A stretch of DNA of 64,000 bases from positions 189 through 64,188 of the forward strand of contig CALSLN010000012.1 of assembly GCA_943787205.1 (NCBI GenBank). The letters are read 5' to 3'. The DNA is from an uncultured Rhodospirillaceae bacterium. Lineage in GTDB: Bacteria > Pseudomonadota > Alphaproteobacteria > Rhodospirillales > Rhodospirillaceae. Shown piece by piece: positions 20,911 through 32,484 of this stretch; position 1 is the stretch's first letter; every line of letters starts with the position of its first letter. The position numbers were made by a program, and so were the translations under genes. Under the pieces are notes generated by a model. It was not told the DNA's origin. It searched no databases and worked only from the letters and a program-made list of their open reading frames with translations.

Positions 20911-23097
20911 CTAGAAGCGGTACGTCCCCTGGACACCGTAGGACAATCCTTCCCCTGGATATCCGAGGGCAGACCCGATGTTGTTGGCATCGGCTGGATT
21001 GCCTTGGCTCAACGATGTGAAACGCACTGTGTTCTGGAAGTACTCTTCGTCGGTCAGGTTTTTGCCAAAAACCGCTACTTCCCATGATTCGTCTTCAGCC
21101 ACATAAGCGATGCGAGCATCCAACAGAGCAAAACCATCTTGGCCAATCAGGGCTTCATTGTTTTGCGTGTGGAAGACCCGCGACTGGTAACTCAACTGGC
21201 CAAAGATATCGACGCGAGCACCGTTAGACAGTGGCACTTCGTATGTGGCGTTGAGGTTCAACGAAACCTTCGGCGCATTGTTCAAGCGGTTGCCGGACAG
21301 ATCCACACCTGTGGCGTTGCCAAAGGTTGAGATGAACTCGTCGTAAGTGGCGTCTAGGTAAGCCGCTGAACCATTGATGCTCAACTGCTCGCTAGCCCGC
21401 ATATTCACTTCAGCTTCCAAGCCCCAAACTGTGGCTTCCGCTGCATTAGTTGTGACGGTGAGGCCGTCTTTAAACGCGGAAACCTGGAGGTTCTTATAGT
21501 CGTAGTAGAAGGCCGACGTGTTCAAACGAATGAGGCCATCAGCCAGTTCCGACTTAGACCCAACTTCATAGGACCACAAGGATTCTGGCTCGAAGGACGG
21601 AGAGTTATCAAACGCGTTCCAGCCGCCGGACTTAAAGCCCTTACTGACAGTGGCGTAGAACAAGTTGTCTTCGTCCGGACGGAATTCAATGCCAAAGCGC
21701 GGTGTGAACTCGTCGTAGGACGCTTCTTCGGTCCGCGAATTAAACTGAACAACAGTGCCGACCGCAGCCAGGCCACGGAAGTCACCAAAGATGGCGCCAA
21801 CGGATGTTTCATCCGTCTTCTTTTCATCGGAGTAACGCCCGCCAACAGACAACGTAATCGCATCGCTCACGTCATAGGTAACCTGACCGAAGACGGCGAT
21901 AGATTCTGCTGTGTCATCGTTGGGGATGATAAAGCTCACTTGCCCAAACGAGGGGTGCGTGGCGCGACCAAGACCAAGAGCGCCGGATTTATCTTCGTCC
22001 AAGAAGAAGCCACCGACGAGCCAAGACCAGCCGTCCAACCCAGTTGAGGCAAGACGTAGCTCTTGAGAGAACTGATCCGTTTCGTAAATGAACGTAGACC
22101 GCGTGACTTCTTGTTCTGTGCCATCGGTGTTGAAGAAGAAATCACTCTCATAAGTGCGGAACGCACTGATAGACGTGAGCAAAACATTCTTGGAAACATC
22201 CCAGTTCAACTCAGCAGTTACGCCACCGGTTTTCCAATCGAAGAACGTATCGAGATTATTCCGTGTGACATCGATACCGTCTTGCGGAGCTGGATTAAGA
22301 AGAGCTGCGAAAGTTAAGTCATCAAGCGGTTTGGCTGTTCTGTTGTTGCTGCCAAAATCGGACCAGTCACCAACGACCTTCAATGTCGCAAATTCATTGA
22401 GATCAAATACGAACGTGCCGCGAATGGCCGCGAGCTCTTGGTCATCAATATCGTCTGAGCCACCGGGCTCCAGATCTTTTGTATACCCATCATCGTTCAG
22501 GTACTTGGCCGCGATGCGGGCTTTTACGCCGTCGGTGATCGGGCCGCCAGCAGCGACTTCAATCTGACGACGGTTCCAGTTGCCGTACGAGGCTTTGGCG
22601 TAGCCTTCAACTTCATCGCCAGGGGTACGGGATATAATGTTGATCGCACCAGCAGTGGCATTCCGACCGTACAACGTGCCCTGCGGACCGCGCAGCACTT
22701 CGATGCGGTCAACGTCAAGGAATTGGGTCAGGCCCATATTGGCGAGCGTGAGGTACACACCGTCAAGGTTAATGGCAGTGCTAGGATCGTTGGTCACACC
22801 GAAAGCGGACGACCCAACGCCACGAATGTAGATTTGGCCTTCACCACCAGCCCGACTAAACGCTAGTCCGGGAGTCTGAACATACAGGTCCTGAATGTCA
22901 TCAATGGCGAGATCATCGAGCATATCACCGGTGATCGCGGTCATTGCGACAGGCACATCTTGCAGCGACTGAGTCCGCTTCTGCGCCGTGACGACGATTT
23001 CTTCCAGCGCGAGGGTTTGGGCGGACGCGACAACAGGCACACCGACTGCAAGAGCAGCGGCAGCGACTGTTGCAAGAAGACTAGAGCGTCTAATCAT
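20911..23097 (-). CDS. TonB-dependent receptor
   Basis: Signal peptide, a TonB-box/plug region (EEIVVTAQKRTQSLQDVP) and a C-terminal ...GVQGTYRF terminal-Phe barrel signature. Confidence 0.9.
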   Translation of the reverse strand: MIRRSSLLATVAAAALAVGVPVVASAQTLALEEIVVTAQKRTQSLQDVPVAMTAITGDMLDDLAIDDIQDLYVQTPGLAFSRAGGEGQIYIRGVGSSAFGVTNDPSTAINLDGVYLTLANMGLTQFLDVDRIEVLRGPQGTLYGRNATAGAINIISRTPGDEVEGYAKASYGNWNRRQIEVAAGGPITDGVKARIAAKYLNDDGYTKDLEPGGSDDIDDQELAAIRGTFVFDLNEFATLKVVGDWSDFGSNNRTAKPLDDLTFAALLNPAPQDGIDVTRNNLDTFFDWKTGGVTAELNWDVSKNVLLTSISAFRTYESDFFFNTDGTEQEVTRSTFIYETDQFSQELRLASTGLDGWSWLVGGFFLDEDKSGALGLGRATHPSFGQVSFIIPNDDTAESIAVFGQVTYDVSDAITLSVGGRYSDEKKTDETSVGAIFGDFRGLAAVGTVVQFNSRTEEASYDEFTPRFGIEFRPDEDNLFYATVSKGFKSGGWNAFDNSPSFEPESLWSYEVGSKSELADGLIRLNTSAFYYDYKNLQVSAFKDGLTVTTNAAEATVWGLEAEVNMRASEQLSINGSAAYLDATYDEFISTFGNATGVDLSGNRLNNAPKVSLNLNATYEVPLSNGARVDIFGQLSYQSRVFHTQNNEALIGQDGFALLDARIAYVAEDESWEVAVFGKNLTDEEYFQNTVRFTSLSQGNPADANNIGSALGYPGEGLSYGVQGTYRF

Positions 23098-23370
23098 TAC
23101 TTTTATTCCTTATGATTCATTTTTTATTGCGATATGCGCCAATATATCAACTGGCAGCACCGTGCCAAGCCGACTCGGTCGTGCCTAGCCAAATAGTATC
23201 GGGCTGTGGTTTGCGGAGCACACACACAGATAAACGAACATATTTTCGATTTGTCTCTCTGTTCAGGGCATGAATGAAAATATTTCGCTGGATTTCAATG
23301 AGACCGGAGAACGACATTCTATACGTTCAACATTCTGCTCATTCTTTGCACGTAAAAGTCGATATCACGT

Positions 23371-24048
23371 TCAGGTGATTCCGTAAGCGCTGGCCTCGGT
23401 CGCGTAGCCAAAGGCCTCCGCATCCGTCTGCGCAATCGCCTTCACCAATTCAAACGTGTCGAGTGTATAGGCCTCTGTCCAGGGCGCGTGGTAGCTCTGG
23501 TTGAACTGATCAAGCTCGATGCCCGTCAGGCCCAGGTGCTCAACCACAGAGGCAAAACCAGTCGCAATGTCTTCATAGCGCAAGATGGTATCAACGAGTT
23601 GGGTGCCGTCATCGTCGAACACGTATTGAGTCTGCGGTGACGGGCCAAGTAAAGACCCGTGTTCCGCCAAATGTTTGCGGACGTAGTCATTGAAGTCTGC
23701 GTATCCAATGACCCGAGTGTGATGGGGCGCCGTTACGGTTTGGGCATTGTAAGTATACCAAGACAATTGCATGTCCCAGGGATTACGCACGGCGGCGAAA
23801 CGATACAGGGCATTAAATTTTTCTGCGCCGAGCGTCTCTTTGGCACGCGCCGCGGCTACATGAATTGGTAATTCAAGAACAGCTTCAGAAATAGACTTAG
23901 TAGCAAGCCAAGCACTGCGTTTTGCCGGATCCTTCAAACGCTTCCAGGCGCGCATGAGATCCAAATGCGCGAAGGCCCCGGCGATCGATGTCCCCGCGGC
24001 CTTCGGCACGTGAATAAAAAGAAAAGCCGGGTCGTCGCAAATTACCAT
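23371..24048 (-). CDS. sulfotransferase family 2 protein
   Basis: The N-terminal FIHVPKAAGTSI is the PAPS 5'-phosphosulfate-binding loop typical of Sulfotransfer_2 proteins. Confidence 0.7.
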   Translation of the reverse strand: MVICDDPAFLFIHVPKAAGTSIAGAFAHLDLMRAWKRLKDPAKRSAWLATKSISEAVLELPIHVAAARAKETLGAEKFNALYRFAAVRNPWDMQLSWYTYNAQTVTAPHHTRVIGYADFNDYVRKHLAEHGSLLGPSPQTQYVFDDDGTQLVDTILRYEDIATGFASVVEHLGLTGIELDQFNQSYHAPWTEAYTLDTFELVKAIAQTDAEAFGYATEASAYGIT

Positions 24049-24078
24049 CGCGTTCTATCGACCCGGCCCTAACTCGTT

Positions 24079-24951
24079 TTAGCCCTTCATGGCTTCCAGC
24101 ATCGTCGACCCAAGAGCCGCCGGGCTTTCAGCAACCAAGAAGCCAGCCGCCTTCATAGCGTCGATCTTGGAGTCCGCTGTGCCCTGGCCGCCAGAGATAA
24201 TCGCTCCGGCATGACCCATGCGCCGTCCGGGAGGGGCAGTTAGACCTGCGATGAATCCAACCACAGGCTTCTTAACATTATGTGACTTTAGAAATTCTGC
24301 GCCTTCTTCTTCTGCGGTGCCACCGATCTCGCCGATCATGATAATCGCGTCGGTCTCGTCGTCCTCGAGAAAGAGCGAGAGGCAATCTACGAAATTGGTA
24401 CCGTTGACCGGGTCGCCGCCGATACCGATGCAGGTCGACTGGCCGAGGCCGGCGGCGGTGGTCTGGCCAACAGCTTCGTAGGTCAGCGTGCCTGAACGGG
24501 AGACGATACCAATGCGCCCCCGACGATGGATATGGCCGGGCATAATACCGATCTTGCAGGCATCCGGTGTAATCACGCCGGGGCAATTGGGGCCGACCAG
24601 GCGACTTTTGGAGCCTGTGAGCGCGCGTTTGACCCGCACCATGTCGAGCACCGGAATGCCCTCCGTGATGCAGATAATCAGTGGCATTTCGGCATCAATG
24701 GCTTCCAGAATGGCATCAGCCGCAAACGGCGGCGGCACAAAATAACGCTGGCATTTGCATTAACCCGCTCTACAGCTTCGCCAACGGTATCGAAAATTGG
24801 CAAGTCGAGGTGTGTGCCACCGCCCTTGCCGGGGGTCACGCCGCCAACCATTTGCGTGCCGTAGGCAATGGCCTGTTCCGAGTGAAATGTGCCCTGCGAG
24901 CCGGTAAACCCCTGGCAGATCACGCGGGTTTTTGTCTACGAGAACCGCCAT
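24079..24951 (-). pseudogene. sucD: succinyl-CoA ligase alpha subunit, two frame breaks
   Basis: [30 protein letters not shown]...[10 protein letters not shown] reads across three frames. The start overlaps the sucC stop (TGATG). Confidence 0.9.
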
Positions 24952-26123
24952 CAGCCTGCCCCTCCGGTTGCCGCGCACAATCTTGACGTGCGGCGTCTCC
25001 GAGATCGTCCGCCGAAATAATGGCGACATCCGATGCCGCAAGCAGTGCCTTGCCCTGATCCACGTTGGTGCCTTCCAGTCGCACGACCAGCGGCACGTCG
25101 ATGCTGACTTCCTTGGCGGCCGAGATAATGCCCTCTGCAATGACGTCGCAGCGCATGATACCGCCAAAGATATTCACCAGAATGCCGTTCACGTTCTTGT
25201 CCGACAGGATGATCTTGAAGGCTTCGGTGACCTTCTCGCGCGTGGCGCCGCCGCCGACATCGAGAAAGTTTGCGGGCTCGCCACCGCGCAGCTTGATGAT
25301 ATCCATGGTCGCCATAGCCAGGCCGGCGCCGTTCACCATGCAGCCGATGGTGCCATCGAGTTTGATGTAGCTGAGGTCGTGCTTTGCGGCTTCAAGCTCG
25401 GCCGGATCTTCTTCCGATTCGTCCTGCAGGGCCGTAATTTCAGGCTGGCGGTAGAGGGCGTTGTCGTCAAATTCATCTTGGCATCGAGCGCCAGCATGTC
25501 GCCAGCGCCGGTCAGCACCAACGGGTTGATTTCCAACAGGCTGGCATCGCTGGCAATACGGCCTCATAGATTTTTGCGGCAAAGCCGACGCAGGCCTTTG
25601 ACGGCCTTGCCCTCAAGCCCGAGCCCGAAGGCGAGCCGGCGGCCATGGAACTGCTGATAAGCCGGACGCCGGATCAATCGCCACGGTGATGATCTTCTCG
25701 GGCGTGTTGGCATGCGACCTCCTCGATCTCACCCCACCTTCGCGGGAGGCCATGATGGCAACCCGCCCGGTGGCCCGGTCGAGCACCGCGCCGAGTAGAG
25801 CTCGGTGGCAATGTCGCAACCTTCTTCGATATAAATCCGCCCGACTTCCTTGCCTTCGCGGCCCGGTCTGATGGGTCACCAGCACCTTGCCGAAACATGG
25901 CTTCGGCTTCGGCAGTCGCTTGCTCGGCGCTTGTGCACTACCTTGACACCGCCTGCCTTGCCACGGCCACCGGCATGGATCTGTGCCTTGACCACCCACA
26001 CCGGCCCACCAACGTCGTCGATCGCAGCCTTGATGTCGTCAGGTGACAGCACTGCAACACCGTGGGGACAGGAACGCCATGTTCAGAGAGCAGGCGCTTG
26101 GCCTGGTATTCATGAATATTCAT
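24951..26123 (-). pseudogene. sucC: succinyl-CoA ligase beta subunit, at least five frame breaks
   Basis: The [20 protein letters not shown] start is at 26123. Conserved segments ([49 protein letters not shown]) are scattered over all three minus-strand frames. Confidence 0.85.
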
Positions 26124-26168
26124 GTGTTGGTTACCGATACCTTGCAGGCGGCCGGGGACACGAGCCGA

Positions 26169-27216
<1,048 letters not shown>

Positions 27217-27383
27217 TCAGAAAGGTTAATTGTTGGGGGCCGAAACCCCGTCCTCGGTTGGTAGCGCGAAACCGCAGGCGGAGCAAGTGTGCGAACGGTT
27301 AAGAGGCCCGGAAAATGGCTGTTTCGCAGCATTTTGGGCTGCCATACTGGGACTTTCAATTCCTGGTTTGAGGTTTAAACGCT

Positions 27384-28412
27384 ATGTCTCGCCTTTCCCT
27401 GGCCGCCCCCCTGATTTCTGCACTTTTATTGGCCAATTGCGCCTCCCCGCCCGCCGAGAATGGCCGTGCACCTGCACTACCGCCGCTCTCCGATCTCACG
27501 TCTTATACTTTGGTTGATCCGGCCTCACTTGCGGTTCTGTCCATCGACCAGGCGATTCACGCGCTCGCAGACGCGGATGTGGTGTTTTTAGGCGAAAGCC
27601 ATCGCCACCCTGGCAATCACATTGCCCAAATGGCACTTTTCCGAGCTTTACACGCCCAAAAAGCCGATACAGCCCTCTCCCTTGAGCAGTTTGAGCGGGA
27701 TGTGCAGCCGATTCTGGACCAATACTTGGCCGGTGACATTGGCGAAGCCGCCCTGCGCTCCAAAGGCCGCGCTTGGGATAACTACCCCGTCAGCTATCGC
27801 CCGCTGGTGGAATATGCCAAATCCAACGGCTTGCCAGTGATAGCCGCAGAAACACCAAACATGGTGGTGCGCTGTGTCGGCCGCGAAGGGCCAACATTCC
27901 TGGAAACCCTACCCGCTGACAAACAACATTGGTCTGCCGCGACGCTACGCCTGGGTGATAGCCCTTATAGAGATCGGTTTATCGCATTTGCCGGTGGCAA
28001 TGCCGGGCATGGCCAAGCAGAGGACGAGGGCGACACCGTGAGCGAAGCCGTGCTGCGGAGTTATGCTGCGCAGGTTACGCGCGACGAAACCATGGCCGAG
28101 TCCATCGTCCAGCACATCAACGCCAATCCGGGGCGGCGTGTGGTCCATCTCAACGGGTCTTTTCATTCCGCAGCATTCTTGGGCACAGCCGAACGCGTGC
28201 AATGGGACCGACCAGACCTAAAAATCGCTGTTGTGCATCCGATTGAAGTGGATGATCCGGCCAACCCGGTGATCCCAGAAGACGCACGCGATGAAGGCAC
28301 GCTGTTGTTGCTCATTCAGCCCATGCCTGAGGCCTATATTTCAGATGAAGAAGAGCGCGCGGCCATTATGGAACAAATGAAATTTCGTAAGAGCGTCGAC
28401 TGCGAGTTGTAG
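27384..28412 (+). CDS. ChaN-family lipoprotein (heme-binding/Tiki-like fold)
   Basis: Lipobox LLLANC. DVVFLGESHRHPGNH...LSLEQFERDVQ...W..Y.PLVEYAK matches the ChaN pattern as I recall it. Confidence 0.7.
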   Translation: MSRLSLAAPLISALLLANCASPPAENGRAPALPPLSDLTSYTLVDPASLAVLSIDQAIHALADADVVFLGESHRHPGNHIAQMALFRALHAQKADTALSLEQFERDVQPILDQYLAGDIGEAALRSKGRAWDNYPVSYRPLVEYAKSNGLPVIAAETPNMVVRCVGREGPTFLETLPADKQHWSAATLRLGDSPYRDRFIAFAGGNAGHGQAEDEGDTVSEAVLRSYAAQVTRDETMAESIVQHINANPGRRVVHLNGSFHSAAFLGTAERVQWDRPDLKIAVVHPIEVDDPANPVIPEDARDEGTLLLLIQPMPEAYISDEEERAAIMEQMKFRKSVDCEL

Positions 28413-28416
28413 TCCG

Positions 28417-29538
28417 CTATTCCACATGGCGTTGGCGAATATAATCTTCCGCCTGCATCTCAATCAGTCGCGACACGGTGCGTTGGAATTCAAACTTCCA
28501 ATCGTCGCCATCGTAGATCGTGTCCGGCGGCGTTGCAGCGGAGCAGATCAACACGGACCGATGTTCATAGAGCGCGTCGATGAGCGTAACAAAGCGCCGA
28601 GCAGCGTTCCGTTCATCCGGCCCGAGCGCGGGAATATCATCTAGAATAACGGTGCAGAACTGCGCCCCAATCTCCAAATAATCCGTCGGCCCAAGCGGCT
28701 GTTCGCAGAGATCAGAAAACGTGAAGCGCGCCACCTGATGCGCTGCCGCCGGGACCACAATTTTGCGGCCCTTCACAGTAATGCTGTCCGGCTCTGGCAC
28801 GGCATCATCCGTCAATCGGTTCCACGCCGCATCAAGAGCAGCCGTCGCGGCGTCACCTTGAGGGGCGTGGTAAACCGCCTCACCAAGAATACGGCCCAAG
28901 CGATAATCTTGGCGCGCCTCTAGTTGCAGGATATCGAGGCGATTTTTCAATAGCTCTATGAACGGTAAAAACTTTTCTCGCTGCAGCCCATCTTTGTACA
29001 ACTCGTCGGGATGGCGGTTGGATGTTGTGACAACAACCACACCGCGCTCGAACAAACGTGCGAACACCCGAGCAACGATCATCGCATCCGCAATGTCACG
29101 CACTTCCATTTCATCGAAGCACAACAAGGTCGACGCGTCGGCAATACCATCCGCAATGCCGGGGATTGGATCGCCATCGTCGGTGCCGGGCAACTGACGC
29201 ATACGGTGCACCTCACCATGAATGTCGCGCATAAATTCGTGGAAGTGCACACGGGTCGTTTGTTCGGGCATAGAGTCGACCAACAAATCCATCAACATGG
29301 ATTTGCCAACGCCAACGCCACCAAACAAATACAAACCCAAGGGCGGTGGCTTTGCGCCGTATTGGCCGGTCAGGCCGAAGCGATCCATCCAGCCCTTGCG
29401 GCCACTTTTAGGCTTATAGGATTGGAGGGCGTGATGCAGGCTGTTGAGTTTTTCCGCTGCAAGCTCTTGCGCCGGATCAGGCTTCAAGGTGCCCTCTGCA
29501 ACGAGCGCGCGGTATCTCGTGAGAGGACCGTCTGTCAT
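28417..29538 (-). CDS. zapE: cell division protein ZapE (AFG1-like ATPase)
   Basis: Walker A in GLYLFGGVGVGKSMLMDL and Walker B in LLCFDEMEV, at the typical length of about 370 aa. Confidence 0.85.
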   Translation of the reverse strand: MTDGPLTRYRALVAEGTLKPDPAQELAAEKLNSLHHALQSYKPKSGRKGWMDRFGLTGQYGAKPPPLGLYLFGGVGVGKSMLMDLLVDSMPEQTTRVHFHEFMRDIHGEVHRMRQLPGTDDGDPIPGIADGIADASTLLCFDEMEVRDIADAMIVARVFARLFERGVVVVTTSNRHPDELYKDGLQREKFLPFIELLKNRLDILQLEARQDYRLGRILGEAVYHAPQGDAATAALDAAWNRLTDDAVPEPDSITVKGRKIVVPAAAHQVARFTFSDLCEQPLGPTDYLEIGAQFCTVILDDIPALGPDERNAARRFVTLIDALYEHRSVLICSAATPPDTIYDGDDWKFEFQRTVSRLIEMQAEDYIRQRHVE

Positions 29539-29686
29539 GACTAGTAAAGAAACGCGATCACGGGTGAGTCTTTCAAAACACGGAGACGGTGAACCCTATC
29601 AAAAAACCGGGTACCACAAAAGGAAAGCGCGGCACTCCGATTATGAAGCGCCGCGCTTATATCTTTTTGAATTTTATCTCCGGAAA

Positions 29687-30643
29687 CTATCCGTCGACAT
29701 TCATCCGTTCGATCAGCCCATTCAGAACCGACTCTGATTGGTCGTTCGGAACCTGACAGGTACCAGCAGCATGGTGACCACCACCACCGTGAGCGAGCAT
29801 GAGCTCACCAACGTTGGTATTGGAAGAGCGATCAAAGATCGACTTACCAACAGCAAACACAGTGTTTTGCTTTTTGAGGCCCCACATTACGTGGATCGAG
29901 ATATTTGTATCTGGGTACATCGCGTAGATCAGGAAGCGGTTTGCGGCCCAAATTGTTTCTTCATCGCGCAGATCAAGAACAACAACGTTCTTGGTCACCG
30001 TTGAGCACCGTTCGATTTGCTCTTTGGCTTTACTTTCATGCTCGACGTAGAGATCAACACGTTCCTGCACATCAGGAAGGTTAAGAATTTCTGCGATTGG
30101 CATTTCAACGCATTTGTCGATGAGTTCCATCATCAACTGGTAGTTCGAGATGGTGAACTCACGGAAGCGGCCAAGGCCTGTCCGGGCATCCATCAAGAAG
30201 TTCATGAGGTTCCAACCCTGAGGATTGATCACTTCATCTTTATTGAAGTCTGCAGAGTCACCCTTATCGACCGCGATCATCAACTCATCGGTGATGCGTG
30301 GTGATGACTTCTTACCGTCAAACCAGTCGTAAACGACACGAGCGGCTGATGGAGCGTCCGGAAGAATGATGTGGTTGATCTGCTCACCAACACGGACCGT
30401 CTCACTTTCGTGGTGATCAAAGGCAATCTTAACGCCCTCGACGTACGGCAGGTTGGTGGTGATGTCCTTGTTCGTGATCTCAATCACGCCGTCCTGCATA
30501 TCCTTCGGATGCACGAACTTGATCTCATCGATCAGGTTCAGTTCCTTCAGGATGGCGGCGCAAACCAGGCCATCGAAATCACTTCGTGTAACAAGGCGAT
30601 ACTTCTCGCCCGAATTTAGTAGGTCTTCAGGGCTGACGGTCAT
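29687..30643 (-). CDS. DHH-superfamily phosphoesterase (NrnB/exopolyphosphatase-like)
   Basis: N-terminal RSDFDGLVCAAIL and a DHH motif (AFDHHES). The start is at MTVSPEDLL, with GAGGGGAG upstream. Confidence 0.65.
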   Translation of the reverse strand: MTVSPEDLLNSGEKYRLVTRSDFDGLVCAAILKELNLIDEIKFVHPKDMQDGVIEITNKDITTNLPYVEGVKIAFDHHESETVRVGEQINHIILPDAPSAARVVYDWFDGKKSSPRITDELMIAVDKGDSADFNKDEVINPQGWNLMNFLMDARTGLGRFREFTISNYQLMMELIDKCVEMPIAEILNLPDVQERVDLYVEHESKAKEQIERCSTVTKNVVVLDLRDEETIWAANRFLIYAMYPDTNISIHVMWGLKKQNTVFAVGKSIFDRSSNTNVGELMLAHGGGGHHAAGTCQVPNDQSESVLNGLIERMNVDG

Positions 30644-30789
30644 GGAAAACTCCCCTCGACTTGTACTCGTCTTGCGCGAAAGATAAACAGGATTGCTTGG
30701 GCGTGACAACGCCTCTTGCCTGTATGCCCCACGGAACTACGACGGATCACAACACGGTGCAACCGAGAATACACTTTTTGACCGATAGA

Positions 30790-31131
30790 ATGTGCGCGAT
30801 CGCTCGCTTCACGACAGAGAAAATGGCCGTAAACGCCTTTGTTTTAGAGGGTTTTCTGGCTTTGGCCGGACTCAGCGGGTGCGCGATAGACCCCTTCATC
30901 GATGGCCGACGGGAAGCCGGTTCGAGCCGCTCCGTTGGGCGATCAACAGCGAACACGGTGGCGATTTGCTACAATAGCCGCTCCACCACACCGGCCGCTG
31001 TGATGCAAATGGCCGAATCCGAATGCGCAAAAACGGACCGAGTGCCACGTTTTGATCGGGAAGACGTCTTATCCTGCTCGATCTCAAACCCAACCCGCGC
31101 CTATTTTAAGTGCGTGTCGCCGACGCCATAG
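30790..31131 (+). CDS. small putative lipoprotein
   Basis: Lipobox LAGLSGC follows a hydrophobic segment. The start codon is uncertain (30790 or 30823). Confidence 0.4.
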   Translation: MCAIARFTTEKMAVNAFVLEGFLALAGLSGCAIDPFIDGRREAGSSRSVGRSTANTVAICYNSRSTTPAAVMQMAESECAKTDRVPRFDREDVLSCSISNPTRAYFKCVSPTP

Positions 31132-31157
31132 CCCACATTGATACGAGGGACATCGCC

Positions 31158-31952
31158 ATGAGTCATAGAAACAAGCGGATACCGCTTTCCCGGGTTTTGG
31201 CTACAATCGGAGCCGTCGCGGCTTGCTGGGCCGTCACCGACAGCTTGGCAGAAGACGCACAAGCCCCATCTCAAACCTGCACAGAAGGCGGCTATATGCT
31301 GGTCATGGGTGGCATTAAGGACCAATCCACGGTGCCCGATGCAGAGTTAGCCCGCAGCTATGGCCCCGCCGTCTGGAGTTTGGTGGAAAGTTATGACGCT
31401 TTCTACGTGCTCCGCGCCACACCAGACGAAGTATACGAAGGGGACTGGCCCGACTGGAAAGCGGCAGTGATTTCAAAATGGCCCTGCCGGGAAACAGGCT
31501 CTGAATTTTGGAATTCAGATTCTTATCAGAACGACGTGAAGCCGCGCCGTAAGAACGCTGGGGTTTATGATGTCGGCATGTTTAATCCGGCACGGGCTTT
31601 CCCCCCTGCAAAAACCCAAGACCTGGTGCCTGACTCGTGCAGCGCGCCCTACCTCGTGCTCATTCTGTCAAAGGTGACGGATGCCGAGGCTTACGGACAG
31701 TATGGCAAAGCCCTTGGCGAAACCGGCGTCGCGCGCCGGGCAGGACTCAATATGCTCTTCACCGGCCAACCAAAAGAAGTGCTCGAAGGCACATGGCCAG
31801 AGGGCACGAACGCCTTAATTTCTGTCTATCCCTGCCGGGCAGCCTGGGATGCCTTTTACAGCGGTGAGCCCTACGAATCGGACATCAAACCACTCAGAAA
31901 AGATGCGGGCGACTTTACCATCGTCGGCTTCACACCCGAGCGCGTGGAGTAA
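31158..31952 (+). CDS. secreted protein with two tandem DUF1330-like domains
   Basis: Signal peptide MSHRNKRIPLSRVLATIGAVAACWA. There are two repeats of the pattern Y.V....V.D.E.Y..Y...EG.WP....I..(W/Y)PCR..W..FY.S..Y....KP.R, and GAGGGA lies upstream. Confidence 0.65.
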   Translation: MSHRNKRIPLSRVLATIGAVAACWAVTDSLAEDAQAPSQTCTEGGYMLVMGGIKDQSTVPDAELARSYGPAVWSLVESYDAFYVLRATPDEVYEGDWPDWKAAVISKWPCRETGSEFWNSDSYQNDVKPRRKNAGVYDVGMFNPARAFPPAKTQDLVPDSCSAPYLVLILSKVTDAEAYGQYGKALGETGVARRAGLNMLFTGQPKEVLEGTWPEGTNALISVYPCRAAWDAFYSGEPYESDIKPLRKDAGDFTIVGFTPERVE

Positions 31953-31956
31953 TTTT

Positions 31957-32475
31957 TTGGACCGGCACACCCCCGATCAACTCATCCATATTATTTGCGG
32001 ATCGACCGGTGCGGGCAAGTCGACCTATGCGCTTGATCTGTGCAGCGCGATTGACGGTGTGCACTTCTCAATAGACGAATGGATGGTCACTCTGTTTTGG
32101 GACGACAGCCCCGACCCCATAGAGTCCGAATGGACGATGGAACGGATCAATCGTTGCGAAACAGAGATTTGGGCCATGGCTTTGCAACTGACACAGTATC
32201 GTGTTCCATCGGTTTTGGACCTTGGATTCACGACAAAGGACCATCGTGCCAAGTTCGCGGAACTGGCCAAAGAAGCTGAGCTTGATGTGCAATTGCATTT
32301 CTTGGATTTACCCCAGCCCGAGCGCTGGGAGCGGGTACAGCAACGCAACAAGAAGAAGGGCAGCACCTTTCAGCTAGAAGTCGACCGCGAGATGTTCAAC
32401 TTTGTCGAAGACATGTGGGAGCCGCCGGAAGCCGATGAAATGACAGCCCTCAACGGCGTTCGAGTGACGGAGTAA
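31957..32475 (+). CDS. P-loop NTPase/kinase-like protein (AAA_33 or zeta-toxin-like fold)
   Basis: Walker A in ICGSTGAGKST. A TTG start lies 5 nt after the upstream stop. The start codon is tentative. Confidence 0.6.
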   Translation: MDRHTPDQLIHIICGSTGAGKSTYALDLCSAIDGVHFSIDEWMVTLFWDDSPDPIESEWTMERINRCETEIWAMALQLTQYRVPSVLDLGFTTKDHRAKFAELAKEAELDVQLHFLDLPQPERWERVQQRNKKKGSTFQLEVDREMFNFVEDMWEPPEADEMTALNGVRVTE

Positions 32476-32484
32476 GCAGCCTCC

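Noticed and set aside
23098-23370. A possible cobalamin or TPP riboswitch, or a Fur/Irr box, in the leader of the TonB-dependent receptor gene.
   Set aside because: By eye I found no B12-box, no CUGAGA/ACCTGA TPP core, and no GATAATGATAATCATTATC-like or TTTAGAA-N3-TTCTAAA-like element. A covariance-model scan would be needed to be definitive.
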